Shown: in pieces, positions 12,762 to 25,626 of the stretch | How positions within the stretch are numbered: position 1 is the first letter of the stretch | How the letters are laid out: every line of letters starts with the position of its first letter | Origin: Octopus sinensis | Lineage: Eukaryota | Reading direction: 5' to 3' | NCBI RefSeq assembly: GCF_006345805.1 | Contig: NC_043002.1 | Coordinates: forward strand, 113,584,001-113,648,000 | DNA length: 64,000 nucleotides | The notes under the pieces: generated by a model | What the model was told of the DNA's origin: nothing | What the model saw: the letters and a program-made list of their open reading frames with translations, nothing else | Database searches by the model: none | Program-made: the position numbers and the translations under genes

Positions 12762-13915
12762 AGGCCACATTATTTGTGTGGAGGGGAGAGATTTGCATTC
12801 ATGACAAGTTTTTGCTTTTCTGTAAAAATCCTGCAGTATAGAGAAGAACTTTCAGTTGTCTCACTAGACATACAGTCATTGGTTGACTGTTATAGTAAGA
12901 CCTTTTTACTTACTTAATACAGAGTTGGTAACAAGACCAAAAACAAAGTAAGTAGTATCATAGCCTAAATTGTTTGTTTAAATATTTTATGTTTGTCTTG
13001 CTCTACCCTGGATTCAAATCTTGCTATTGATAACGGCTATGTTCTTCAGTAAGATATGAAGCTGATTTAAATGATTATACAACCTCTGTAATCTGATTAA
13101 AAAAGGAAATTTATTATCTTAAGAAAGTTACTTTTTGGATAAACATTTTCCAGTTTGATATATTTTTAAATTAAATTTCTTAAATTTCTTTCCAACTCCT
13201 TCTCTCAAAATCCTTATTTTTTGTCTACTACCTTGGATAATGCAATCATATACCTGAAAAATAAGACTAGAGGGTCATGGTTAGAGTGCCTTTAGTTATG
13301 ATCTGCTCAGTCAAGTTTTCATTCTGTATCAATATAGCAGCTACAGTTACATATCTTTCAAGTTAACCATAGCTATCGTCCTTTTCATGCGTTCTTCTAG
13401 AGAGTTGCCACAGATTACATAATCCTAATTACTTATTTCATTAGCTACATATTTGAAATTACTGTTCTTGCTGGCAACGTAACAACCACTGATGTGCTGT
13501 TTCTACCACTTCATAATTCTTGAAATGTTGCTATTAGCCATGTAGTTGCAGCTAGTTTCTTTTAATAGTACCAACCACATGCTATTAAGTTGCTGTTAAC
13601 TTGATTTGCACTAGAATGTCTTTACCAGCTGCATAGCTTCTGCACTGTTTGACCTTGTTCACTTACAACCATGTGTGCAATAGGCATATACACACATGCA
13701 TGCACACACACACAGAGTATTACACTATATTACTCAGTATAATACCAGATTCTATTTGAAATTCATTTTCAATTAGCTGAATGTATGACTATAAAAACAA
13801 TAGAAGTGAATAGTATCTCATTAGTGGTGAACTGGATAAGACTGGATAACAATAATAAGTTACTTGAAGGTTTCTAGTTCCAGAGTTCAAATCTTATCAA
13901 GATCAACTTAATCCT

Positions 13916-13918
<3 letters not shown>

Positions 13919-13988
<70 letters not shown>
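13919..13988. repeat. (CT)n microsatellite
   Basis: Visible directly. Confidence 0.95.
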
Positions 13989-13991
<3 letters not shown>

Positions 13992-14399
13992 TCATAAATA
14001 ACATGCTGGAGAACGTAATAAAATGATAGACTATTATTGTTGAATGTTGAGTAATTCCATTAAACTTGAACTATTATTTTATCTGGTTTTATATCAAAGA
14101 TCCAACGTGTTTGAGGTCAACTCAAGCATTTAACTGAACAAACCTCAACAAAAACAATGACACATTCATCAACACTTGTTTTAAAATGTCCATATCTTTT
14201 ACACAGTTTCACAACAAATCCTTTTGCTACACCCAAAAGAGTCCAGTCATGTATATAGGTGTCTCATGTTACTTATGATGCCTACATTTGTCTTCAGACA
14301 TGCTAATACAACACCAGGGTAGGCTTCATAGTCAGTTGCCTGTAATATAGCTAAAAGCATAAGCAAACATGTAGATAAATATTAAAAAATCATACAAAT

Positions 14400-14570
14400 A
14401 TAGGCGCAGGAGTGGCTGTGTGGTAAGTAGCTTGCTAACCAACCACATAGTTCCGGGTTCAGTCCCACTGCATAGCATCTTGGGCAAGTGTCTTCTGCTA
14501 TAGCCCCGGGCCGACCAATGCCTTGTGAGTGGATTTGGTAGACGGAAACTGAAAGAAGCCTGTCGTATAT

Positions 14571-14615
<45 letters not shown>

Positions 14616-14832
14616 ATGTTTGTGTGTCTGTGTTTGTCCCCCTAGCATTGCTTGACAACCGATGCTGGTGTGTTTACGTCCCCGTCACTTAGCAGTTCGG
14701 CAAAAAGAGACCGATAGAATAAGTACTGGGCTTACAAAAAGAATAAGTCCCGGGGTCGAGTTGCTGGACTAAAGGCGGTGCTCCAGCATGGCCGCAGTCA
14801 AATGACTGAAACAAGTAAAAGAGTAAAGAGTA
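14400..14832 (+). mobile_element. SINE family B
   Basis: Full length. Confidence 0.92.
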
Positions 14833-15084
14833 AATATAGTTTATTTTACGTTTGCCAATTTTTTACAACCTGTTCACTAAGGACTCTAATATAGAATTGG
14901 TGTTAATCCTTATGGATTATGAAACACTCACAATGAAGACATTAGTCTTATATCAAAATCCCACCAGTATCCTTTTTCTTCAGAATTTAGTCCAACTCAA
15001 CACACATGGTAGAAAACTGAGCCAACAATAAACACTCACACACACACACACATGTGCACGCACACACACACACACACACACACA

Positions 15085-16251
15085 CAGGGGTTGAACAAAA
15101 TAATGGAAGCACCTTAAAATTTCAAACAAATTTATCTTAATACGGAGCAGGACCACCTTTGGCAGTAATTACAGCTTGAATTCTATGAGGTATGGACTCA
15201 TTTCAATTGTTTCCGAAGGAATTTTTGTTCATTCTTCAGCTAAAACAGTCTCCAGTTCTTGTAGTGATTATGGTGGAGGATATCAACTCCTTACTTGTTT
15301 TTCGAAAATGCACCATAAATGATCAGTAATATTGAGATCTGGGGACTGTGGTGGCCAGATAAGATGTTCAACTTCACTAGAATGTTCCTCATGCCATTCA
15401 GTAACAACTTTAGCTGTGTGAATGCTGCAACCATAGGATGAATTTGATCAGATAAAATGCTTAAATAGTTTTGACTATTAATTCTGCCATATAGGGAAAC
15501 CATTGGGCTGGTGGATTTCCAAGATATAGCCCCACCCCCCAGATCATCACAGATCCCCCTCCATGTTTAACAGCTGGAAGAAGGCAGTCTGGGTCAAATG
15601 CTTCTTTTGGCTGTCTCCACACATATACTTGGCTGGTGATCAGAAATAGAGCAAAGGATGACTCGCCCAAGAAAATAACATTCTTCCAATACTCTAGGGA
15701 CCAATTCTATAGGTTCTTACTCCACTCTAAATGCTTTGCAACATTTGTTTTTGAAAGTAGTGGTTTTCTGATTGCTGCTCTCCCATGAAATCTGGCTTTG
15801 TGCAGCTTCTAGCAAACAGTTTTTGTGGAAACTGGGTTCTCGAGGTGGTCATTAAGCTCTGCATTAATCTTGGGAGCTGATGGTCCCTATCTGAAAGTTT
15901 GGGTTTTCTTCCAGAGTTTTGTTTTGGTGAGGAGGTTTTTCCTTCTTTCTCAAAGGCTGTCATTACTTTCAAGACAGTACTTCTTGATACACCAAACATT
16001 TCGGCTGTTTTCATTACATTAGTGACTGCCATACGAGCACCAACAATTTGATCTCTTTGAAAGTGCTATAGATCTGTCATTTTAATGAATTTAATTACTT
16101 TTTTCTGATGATATCTGAAAATAAACAGCAATTTTAGCAAAACATATTAAGCAAGAAACATAAAAATAATCAATCTTTTAACAGTTTTATAGATATTTCA
16201 AAATTATGAAGCTATGATGTTTGGTGTTTTCATTATTTTGCCCAACCCCTG
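15085..16251 (-). mobile_element. Tc1-family DNA transposon, both TIRs present, transposase decayed
   Basis: TIR CAGGGGTTG..CAAAATAATG, TA on the right side. FGVSRSTV, GRKPKL and VKHGGGSVMIWG motifs are split by frameshifts. Confidence 0.92.
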
Positions 16252-16279
16252 TATTTCACATGTACATACACACATGTCT

Positions 16280-16460
16280 GCTTTCCATGCTAGCATGGGT
16301 TGGACGATTTGACTGAGGACTGGCAAACCAGATGGCTGCACCAGGCTCCAATCTGATCTGGCAGAGTTTCTACATCTGGATACCCTTCTTAACGCCAACC
16401 ATTCTGAGAGTGTAGTGGGTGCTTTTACGTGCCACCAGCACGAGTGCCAGTCTAGCAGTA
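16280..16460 (-). mobile_element. RTE 3'-UTR-only copy
   Basis: Same module. Confidence 0.8.
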
Positions 16461-16519
16461 CAGGTATATATATATATATATTATATATATATTATATATT
16501 TATTTATGTATATATATAT

Positions 16520-16558
<39 letters not shown>

Positions 16559-16569
16559 GTATATGTATG

Positions 16570-16604
<35 letters not shown>

Positions 16605-16676
16605 GTATATGTATGTATATATAGTATATGTATATATATGTATATGTATATGTATATATGTATATATATATATATA

Positions 16677-16748
<72 letters not shown>

Positions 16749-16753
<5 letters not shown>

Positions 16754-17235
16754 ATAAGAGTAGATCGTATACGAGTGGGTATATATTTGTAAAAAAGAAG
16801 TTTGAAAACGCCACTATATTAGATAAATTTTAATTTTCTTATGAATTTTACATGTTTCGGTTCTTGAAAAAACGAACCTCATCAAAAATATTATAAAAAG
16901 TGAAAATTGAAAAGTTCATAATCGTTTCTCACTGTTGCTACCATTGGAACACAAAGTAACAAAAAAGTGGTTCCTTTTAATACTAGCAAGAAACAATACT
17001 GGACTTCTTCAATACACTCAACAGGAATATAGCGATTATACCAACTACCGACAAAACACCACCACATGGATTCTATTGAGAACAGTAAGAAACGATTATG
17101 AACTTTTCAATTTTCACTTTGTATAATGTTTTTGATAAGGTTCGTTTTTCAAGAACCAAAACATGTAAAATTCATAAGAAAATTAAAATTGATATAATAT
17201 AGTGGCGTTTTCAAACTTCTTTTTTACAAATATAT
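16749..17235. mobile_element. Foldback element with 155-bp arms (16781-16936 / 17081-17235), each carrying a hammerhead-like motif
   Basis: Inverted arms, 144-bp spacer, (TA)n flanks. Confidence 0.75.
16845..16889 (-). ncRNA. Type I minimal hammerhead-like motif (core TTGATGA)
   Basis: Stem II GGTTC/GAACC, GAA, palindromic ACATGT, A17, stem I ATTT/AAAT. Confidence 0.6.
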
Positions 17236-17468
17236 ATATCTATATATATATAATCTATTATATATCTATATATGTATGTATGTATATATATGTATGTATA
17301 TGTATATGTATGTATATGTATGTAGATATATGTATGTATATGTATATGTATGTATATGTATGTATATATATATATATGTATGTATATGTATGTATATATA
17401 TATATATGTATGTATATGTATGTATATATATGTATGTATGTATATGTATGTATATATATGTATGTATG

Positions 17469-17511
<43 letters not shown>

Positions 17512-17944
17512 GTATGTATATGTATGTATATAATATGTATGTGTATATATATATATATATATATATTATATGCATACATAATATATATATACATGTATAT
17601 GTATATATATTGAGTATGTTATAGAAAGTATGTACTATTTACAGAATGCCCGTAGAGAGCAATGCGAAAAAATATGAAGTAGAGGAAAATGGAAGTGCAA
17701 ATCCTAGGCAGCCAACCAAATTCCCAAATGCATAAATGAAAATATTCAATCAATATAATCGAATCATATATACACATACACATCAACATAAATCATGCAT
17801 GTACAGGTGTAAAGATTCTCAAAGGGTAAAAAGAATAAAACCAAACATACATAAAAATATAGGAGAAATATAAAAGCATATAAAAATACATATGAAATCG
17901 CATATGAATAAGGGTTACATGTAAAAAGTTATGCGTGATAAATA

Positions 17945-18330
17945 TAGGCGCAGGAGTGGCTGTGTGGTAAGTAGCTTGCTAACCAACCACATGGTTCCAG
18001 GTTCAGTCCCACTGCATGGCACCCTGGGCAAGTGTCTTCTACTATAGCCTTGGGCCAACCAAAGCCTTGTGAGTGGATTTGGTAGACAGAAACTGAAAGA
18101 AGCCCGTCGTATATATGTGTGTGTTTGTTTGTCCCCCTAGCATTGCTTGACAACCGATGCTGGTGTGTTTACGTCCCCATCACTTAGCGGTTCGGCAAAA
18201 GAGACCGATAGAATAAGTACTGGGCTTACAAAGAATAAGTCCCGGGGTCGATTTGCTCAACAAAAGGCGGTGCTCCAGCATGGCCTCAGTCAAATGACTG
18301 AAACAAGTAAAAGAGTAAAGAGAGTAAGAG
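17945..18330 (+). mobile_element. SINE family B
   Basis: Full length. Confidence 0.92.
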
Positions 18331-18622
18331 TAACCAAAAAACAGCTCTTCTTTATCAAGACAGAAAATCTCCCTGAACTGAGGATCCCAACTGGAACAAA
18401 CAACTACCACCAACACCACCCCTCATCACTACTACTATCATTCATAGAAATAACCTCTGCCAACCACAACCCATCAGTACAGCTACACTAAAGACGATGA
18501 TGCTGAATCATTCCAGCTAATTAGTCATTCTTCCTAAAATGTAATGTTCTAGCAACTTTTCTTAAGTGGTGAGCATTTCATCTCATCAAGCCCTTTCTAG
18601 TTTTGAAAATATTTAACAAATA

Positions 18623-18964
18623 TCTTTATATATAAAAGAGAGGTTGTGTGTCTGTCCCTTTCGATTTAGATTCCTAACTACTCCCACATTTTTCTGGATA
18701 TTAGCGTGCGTCTACGATGAGTCTACGATTTAAAAAAAAATTTACCATCATTTTTTTCCATTTTATTGCATTTTTTCGCTATTATATAAGGGAAGTAACT
18801 CTCTAAAAATGTCTACGATGAGTCAACGATTTTAAAAAAAATTTACCATAATTTTTTTTCCATTTTTAATGCATTTTTTTGCTATTTTTTGGCTATAACT
18901 CTCTAAAAATGCTTATATAGTTATTTCCCTTATAAACCCGAGCAACGCCGGGCGATACTGCTAG
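18623..18964 (+). mobile_element. Non-autonomous Helitron
   Basis: 5' TC, 3' hairpin CCCG...CGGG plus CTAG, inserted between A and T. Confidence 0.88.
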
Positions 18965-19415
18965 TTATTAATAATTCTAACTTGTGTGTCAGTCAAGGGT
19001 GTGATCCATCTCACTGTAAGTGGCACTCTGTCAGTTATGATGACGAAGGTTTCGGTTGATCCGATCAACAGAACAGCCTGCTTGTGAAATAAACATACAA
19101 GTGGTTAATGATTTGCTGGAATCCACAGATTTTATTGCTCCAAATATGCTATACACTGGTGTGGCTGTGTGGTAAGATGTTTACTTCTCAACCACATTGT
19201 TCCGGGTTCAGTCCCATTGCATGGCACCTTCAGCAAACATCTTCTACTATAGCCTCAGGCCAACAAAATTTTTGTGAAATGGAAATGGTGTGGGTGTATG
19301 TGTGTGTGTGTATGTGTGTGTGTGTTTGAGTGTGTGTGCATTTATGTGTGTGTTTATGTCCCTCAAACTTCACTCCACCATCTTTTATGAATGTGAGCTG
19401 AGAGATTTCAAACTT

Positions 19416-19817
19416 TACTCTTTTACTTTTACTTGTTTCAGTCATTTGACTGCGGCCATGCTGGAGCACTGCCTTTAGTCGAGCAAATCGATCCCGGGAC
19501 TTATTCTTTGTTAGCCCAGTACTTATTCTATCGGTCTCTTTTGCCGAACCGCTAAGTGACGGAGACGTAAACACACCAGCATCGGTTGTCAAGCAATGCT
19601 AGGGGGACAAACACAGACATACAAAAACACACAAACACACACACATATATATATACGACAGGCTTCTTTCAGTTTCCGTCTACCAAATCCACTCACAAGG
19701 CATTGGTCGGCCCGGGGCCATAGCAGAAGATACTTGCCCAAGATGCCACGCAGTGGGACTGAACCCGGGACCATGTGGTTGGTTAGGAAGTTACTTACCA
19801 CACAGCCACTCCTGCGC
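19416..19817 (-). mobile_element. SINE family B
   Basis: Full length. Diverged neighbours at about 19150-19290 and 19852-20180. Confidence 0.92.
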
Positions 19818-20394
19818 CTTGTGTGAACTATTTTAAAAAATTATTTCTGTAAGTGCAGGCATGGCTGTGTGGTTAAGAGGCTTGCTTTGCAACCGCATGG
19901 TCTCAGGTTCAGCCCCACTGCATGGCAGCTTGGACAAGCATCTTCTATTGTAGCCCTAAACAGACCAATACCTTGTGAGTAAATAGTATTGAAGCCTTCA
20001 TGTGTGTATGTGTGCATTTGTCTCCCCCACCTCATTGCTTGACTATGATGTTGGTTTGTTTACATCTTCATAACTTAGTGAGACCAGCTAAATATTAGAG
20101 CTGGAGTCACTTTGACTAAATCCCTTCAAGGCAGTTCCACAGCATGGCCAGAATCCAGTGACTGAAACTAATTAAAGATAAAGGATAAGACTTCCTTTTT
20201 TTTTTTTTTTTTGTAGATTCCCCATCTGCTTACAATTTGAAAGGCAAGTTAGGGACCCATCATAATATCCTTTCTACAATAGGCACAAGGCCTAAAATTT
20301 TGTGGAAGGGGTCTTGTTAATTACCAAAAGGAAATGTGCTGAAGTTAAAAACTTAGCAAATAAAGACAGTTATTACCTCCTTTCCTTTCAATCA

Positions 20395-20610
20395 TCATCA
20401 TCATCATCATCGTTTAACGTCTGTTTTCCATGCTAGCATGGGTTGGACGGTTCAACCGGGGTCTGGGAAGCCAGAAGGCTGCAACAGGCACCAGTCGAAT
20501 CTGGCAGTGTTTCTACTGCTGGATGCCCTTCCTAACGCCAACCACTCTGTGAGTGTAGTGGGTGCTTTTACGTGCCACTGGCACAGGTGCCAGTCAACGC
20601 GGTGCTGACA
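20395..20610 (-). mobile_element. RTE 3'-UTR-only copy
   Basis: Same module with (GAT)n tail. Confidence 0.85.
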
Positions 20611-20919
20611 AATCCTTTCTACTTTAAGCACAAGACCTGAAATTTGGGGGGAGGGGGAGAGTAGTTAATTACCTCCACCCTTTCATCCTCCACCTGGAGC
20701 TCAGCAGGTACGTATTTCATCAACCCTCGAAAGATGAAAGACAGAGTCATCTTTCAACAGGATTTGAGCCCAACCCATGCCAGCTCCCCACCTTAGGTAA
20801 CCATCATTATATCAAGGAACATCATCAGTTAAGCTGCTGGCTCCAGTGATTAATCTTTTAGACCAGGCTTGAGCATACTGCAGCTTCATGACTTTCTGAA
20901 TGGTATACATAACAAAAAA

Positions 20920-21150
20920 GGCAGCAAGCTGGCAGAAACGTTAGCACGCCAGGCGAAATGCATAGCCATATTTTGTCTGCCATTACATTCTGAGTTCAAA
21001 TTCCGCCGAGGTCGACTTTGCCTTTCATCCTTTCAGGGTCGATAAATTAAATACCAGTTACGTACTGGGGTCAATGTAATCGACTTAATCCGTTTGTCTG
21101 TCCTTGATAGTCCTCTCTGTGTTTAGCGCCTTGTGGGTAGTAAAGAAATA
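20920..21150 (+). mobile_element. SINE family A
   Basis: Homology to family A. TSD GGTATACATA(A/G)CAAAAAA. Confidence 0.9.
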
Positions 21151-21339
21151 GGTATACATAGCAAAAAATTATCGTGAAAATATTTTAAAACTGACCCACT
21201 TGATGATGAGCTATGTTACATGTGGCCCACTTCTCGAAAAGGTTGTTCATACCTGCTCTAGACTACTGATTAATCTGTGTAACAAATTTGTTTTTCTTAC
21301 TTTTGTTTTTGTTTTTTTTTTTGGGGGGGGGTTGTTTTT

Positions 21340-21795
21340 CTCGTCTTTGGTCAATCAATATTATTTCCTATATTCTTCTATCTGGAAATCAAAGAAAATT
21401 ACTGCTTTCTCTTCAAACTTTGCTTTTGTGGCCTAGACATCAATGTTTCAAAACTGACCTATTTTGCATTACATTTCGGACAAATTCAGTGCTGAGTTGC
21501 TGAAGCAGAAATATCACAGAAATGCTCGATACCACAGATTTGCTTGACCGTAACCACTTGAGCATGTCCCTTAGTGGCTGACAATATGTGCATCTCTGAT
21601 CATGAGCAGAAGTTGTAGGGAGCATCATAACCACATGTTGAGGAATCTTTGGAGTATGAATAAATGCAACAAAAGCAAAATTGGAAGGAAATATTAACCA
21701 TTTTTCATACTTTTTAGGAAATAACAAATAGGAAATAGGAAATAACAGTTGTTACCCAAGAACAAGAATCATGTTACACATTGTAATCTTTATGT
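21340..21795. repeat. Repeat family F with an imperfect internal inverted repeat (second copy at about 54365-54800)
   Basis: Two collinear homologous copies in the window. Confidence 0.75.
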
Positions 21796-21993
21796 AAGAA
21801 ATATAAGTTTAATCTCTTTAAGAACTGCTTAGAAAGTTTAATATTTTGAAAAAGAGAAGTTGTGGGTAGTTGGGATGTGTTTATCTTTCCTAAAGGAATT
21901 GCTTATATAAGTTGACCAGGATTCAGAAGTTTGTGCAAGTAGAAACAGCAGCCATGAACTGTGCAAAAGGGAAACATTGATACTGAATTTGCA

Positions 21994-22045
21994 ACAACAA
22001 CAACAACAACAGCAACAGTAACAGCAACAGCAGCAGTAACAGTAA

Positions 22046-22078
<33 letters not shown>

Positions 22079-22095
22079 TAGCAGCAGCAGCAGCA
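21994..22095. repeat. Compound (CAA)/(CAG)/(TAG) microsatellite
   Basis: Visible directly. Confidence 0.9.
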
Positions 22096-22229
22096 CTATC
22101 AATGGTTTTTCCCTGACACACTAGTTCCATTATATTTGAAAAGTGCTTGTAATAAAACTTGGAATTTTATACATCTTTCTTCATTTCTCCTTATACTTGA
22201 TTAAACAAGAAGAAAGCAAACTCCACCCT

Positions 22230-22264
<35 letters not shown>

Positions 22265-22327
22265 TCACTCACATACAATTCCATAAATCATTATTTAAAA
22301 GACGGTATCTTCTTCCTCTTTTCATAG

Positions 22328-22415
22328 ACCCTGCAAATGCTGATGAAGCATTGAAGAGAGTTCAGATGAGTTGCAACGAAGAAATGGCTACCTACCATGA
22401 GGACAAAACTTGCGA
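22328..22415 (+). CDS. Internal coding exon of an uncharacterised Cys-containing protein (DPANADEALKRVQMSCNEEMATYHEDKTC-E)
   Basis: Pyrimidine tract + CATAG acceptor and GTAAGT donor at 22416. The 88-nt exon is open, and its phase-2 end joins the next exon in frame. Upstream exons were not identified. Confidence 0.8.
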
Positions 22416-22446
22416 GTAAGTAGTCAATGTCCATTTATATTTCTCA

Positions 22447-22675
22447 GCGGCGAGCTGGCAGAAACGTTAGCACGCCGGGCGAAATGCGTAGCCGTATTTC
22501 GTCTGTCGTTACGTTGTGAGTTCAAATTCCGCCAAGGTCGACTTTGCCTTTCATCCCTTCGGGGTCAATAAATTAAGTACTAGTTATGCACTGGAGGCGA
22601 TGTAATCGGCTTAATACCTTTGTCTGTCCTTGTTTGTCCCCTCTATGTTTAGCCCCTTGTGGGTAGTAAAGAAAT
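22447..22675 (+). mobile_element. SINE family A, about 30 nt after an exon donor
   Basis: Homology to family A. TSD TATATTTCTCA. Confidence 0.9.
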
Positions 22676-22859
22676 ATATATTTCTCATAGTTATAAAAGA
22701 AAACATGTACTTATTAGTAAAGTACCAAACACCTGTACCCTACAGCAACTCAAGAAGACCCACAGAAGTGTTAAGGCCGATCGTTCTGGTAGTGTAAAGC
22801 ATTCAAAGCAGAACCAGGTAAAAGTGCTCGTGTGACAGCACTACATGAAAGCACTCATG

Positions 22860-23092
22860 CAGTGTCACATATAAGTGCCTGCATAGTGCCATTTACAAGC
22901 ACCCATGTGGTGCCATGTAAAAGTATCTAGCACATTCGGTAAAGTGGTTGGTGTTAGGAAGGGTATCCAAACGTTGAAACCAGGCCAAATCAGACCAGAG
23001 TCTGGTGCTGCCCACCACAACCACCACCAGCTTACCAGCTCTGGTCTCAGCATGGACAATGGACATATGATAATGATGATGATGATGATGAC
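22860..23092 (+). mobile_element. Diverged RTE 3'-UTR copy
   Basis: GGTTGGTGTTAGGAAGGGTATCC and (GAT)n tail. Confidence 0.7.
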
Positions 23093-23859
23093 ATAGTTAT
23101 CATCTTCATTTTAACACCCATTTTCCCATGCTTCTGTGGATCAGAGGAAATTCAATGTGACAAATTTTCTACGGATAATCAGATGCCCTTCCTGTTGCCA
23201 ACCTTTACCTGTTTCCAAGTAAGGTACCATTGCCTCATGGCCAAACATTTTTCACAGAATATTGAAAATAAACATACACACACACATGCATACATATATA
23301 CATGCATACATGCAAGAATACTTATACACACACACACATACACATACATACATATCTACTGATTTGAAATTTTGGCATAAGGCCAGCAATTTCAGGAGAG
23401 GGGCAAGTCAATTACATCAACCCCAGTGTTCAACTGGTACTTATTGACACCCAAAAGAACGAAAGGCAAAATTAACATTGGCAGAATTTAAACTCAGAAC
23501 ATAAAGACAGGCGAAATGCTGCTAAGCATTCTGTCAGGTTTGCAAATGAGTCTGCCAGCTCACTGCCTGAAATACAAGAATATATTGATGTAATGAAAGA
23601 GTTAGTTTTATTATTTCCAATTCTTCAGTATCAGAAAATAACTGCAATAGTGATTAAATATGGTGAGTAGATGAGTAGATGTTTATTATTTTTGAAGTCA
23701 GAAAAAACAACATTATTTATCTAAAATGATGAACTGAATCTTTCATACGCAATTATGCATTTATTTCACCTGACATGTTTTGTTAAACATTAGAAATATT
23801 GTATAATACTATAAAAATACCAGTACTTCATGTATCTCTTCTTTGTTTCATTTCTACAG

Positions 23860-24044
23860 AGTATTCAAGGAACTGTTAACTTGTGTAGCCAGATCAAACA
23901 CATCATTTGTCAACAAATTTGTGGAACAGAACGAATTGGATTGTAAATTCTCTGCAGAATTTAGAAAGAGCTTACAAAGATTCCAAACAACTGAAAGCCA
24001 AACTGTCACCAAACCTAAAGATACACAAGAAGGGAACTATGCCA
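23860..24044 (+). CDS. Next coding exon of the same gene (VFKELLTCVARSNTSFVNKFVEQNELDCKF...TQEGNYA)
   Basis: TTTCTACAG acceptor, GTAAGT donor at 24045, 185 nt, phase 2 in and phase 1 out. Contains an N-glycosylation sequon (NTS). Confidence 0.85.
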
Positions 24045-24060
24045 GTAAGTAATTGGTTCA

Positions 24061-24456
24061 TCTTTATATATAAAAGTGAGGTTGTGTGCTGTCTGTCTCC
24101 TACGATTTAGATTCCTAACTACTCCCACATTTTGCGGTGCAGTTTAACCAAAACCGGGTATCTTATAGTCGTGATTCATATCGAGCCCTTCTGAGTATTA
24201 GTGCACGTCTACGATGAGTCTACGATTTAAAAAAAATTACCATCAATTTTTCCCATTTTTAATGCTTTTTTGCCATATATAAGGGAAGTAACTCTCTAAA
24301 AATTTATTATTAAATCTCAGAACGTAAAAAGCTACAGTAACACCCCCCCCCCTTGTGGTTAGCCATATTGAGATGGCTATTATATTTTACATCTCTAAAA
24401 ATGCTTATATAGTTATTTCCCTTACAAACCCGAGCAACGTCGGGCGATACTGCTAG
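24061..24456 (+). mobile_element. Non-autonomous Helitron, 16 nt downstream of an exon donor
   Basis: TC...CTAG ends, A|T target. Confidence 0.9.
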
Positions 24457-25149
24457 TAACTTATAATTTCTTTTGAATATGGAATTGTCAGTGGTGGCAG
24501 TGGCGTTTGAATGGTTTGATGGGATCCTACAGGCTAGGGGACTGTGTCTCGCTCCAGTGTCCGTTTTGGCATGGTTTCTATGGTTTAATGCCCTTCCTAC
24601 TGCCAACCACTGTACAGAGTGTACTGGGTGATCTTTCATGTCACAAGCACTAGTGAGCTGACCAAGAAGTTAATAAGAGAAGACCCCTTGACTGAGATGG
24701 GTGTAATATTGAGTGAGATGGCTTATGCAAGGTTGTTGAGAGGCAAGAAAAGTATTATGGAAGGATAAGAACCAGTCAGGTTCAGATTAAGAAGAAAAAG
24801 AAGATGAAGATGACAATGATAACGAAGAAGAGGATAGCAAAAAAGAAGACAAAAACAAAGAAGATGAAGATGGGAAAGAAGAAGAAAAAAGACAACAATG
24901 AAGAAGACAAACAACTTATTGTAGACAGTGCTCTGGTGTTCTACAATTCATAGGAAAAAGTAACCAAAAGTACATGAATAGTATTAAAATAATGCACAGG
25001 AAATGAACAGTGAATAAGTCATTTAGAATTTAAAAAATAAAAATTAGAGGGAGAGTTAATGAATAGCAAAGAAATTTTGAAGGATGTGGAGGTAGTTTAT
25101 TCCATGCTTCAGCAATTCTGAGTGCGAAAAGATGTTTCTGAAAGTCACC

Positions 25150-25320
25150 AACAATGGAGTCCTGATCCCAAAGATCAACCATAGATGTGGTCTGACCACT
25201 GGGATCATGTACTTCCTATGGAAGCCCCTCTGGCATCACTGCTCTATCTCCCAAAAGACAATGCTCCACATCTACAACACATTGGTCTTCTTATTTTTCT
25301 TCAATAGAGCCAGAACATGT
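25150..25320 (+). mobile_element. Degenerate RTE-like LINE RT fragment, left part (split by the Gypsy)
   Basis: LHIYNTLV...ARTC joins SLSKT-LVKRINNFDSRALTTINHIR after the insertion, resembling the LYGAETW...LRRI LINE segment. Confidence 0.65.
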
Positions 25321-25590
25321 TGTGGTTGATGAAAGGAGCACAACGGAAACAAGGAAATAGGAAACAGAAGTGCAATAAGGTCTTACCTGACAGGGGATGA
25401 AGTCGGATGGCCTTCAGCCAACTTGCTCGCGTGTTGTCGTCTCGGTGCCTTGCTGGGGTCTCTCGCAGCCGGTCGATGCCGCACGTGCGTTGAGTCTGTC
25501 GCTTCCGCTTCCGCCGGCGCATGCGCCCTGCAAGACCTGTAAGCATCACTTCCGCTCCCGCCCGTCCCGTCACACTCCTTCATCACCACA
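25321..25590 (-). repeat. 3' LTR
   Basis: Direct repeat of 29302-29571, preceded on the element strand by the PPT. Confidence 0.97.
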
Positions 25591-25592
25591 CG

Positions 25593-25599
25593 CCCCCCT
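25593..25599 (-). other. Polypurine tract AGGGGGG
   Basis: Lies 2 nt (CG) upstream of the 3' LTR TG. Confidence 0.85.
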
Positions 25600-25626
25600 G
25601 ATCTATAAATCACTGAACCGGCTTCC

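Noticed and set aside
14193-14340. Possible minus-strand terminal exon ATDYEAYPGVVLACLKTNVGIISNMRHLYT*
   Set aside because: Plausible acceptor, but no partner exon or recognisable homology.
14919-15008. Candidate first exon MKTLVLYQ...NTH-G|GTAGAA for the + gene
   Set aside because: Weak donor and poor signal peptide. It cannot be preferred over chance.
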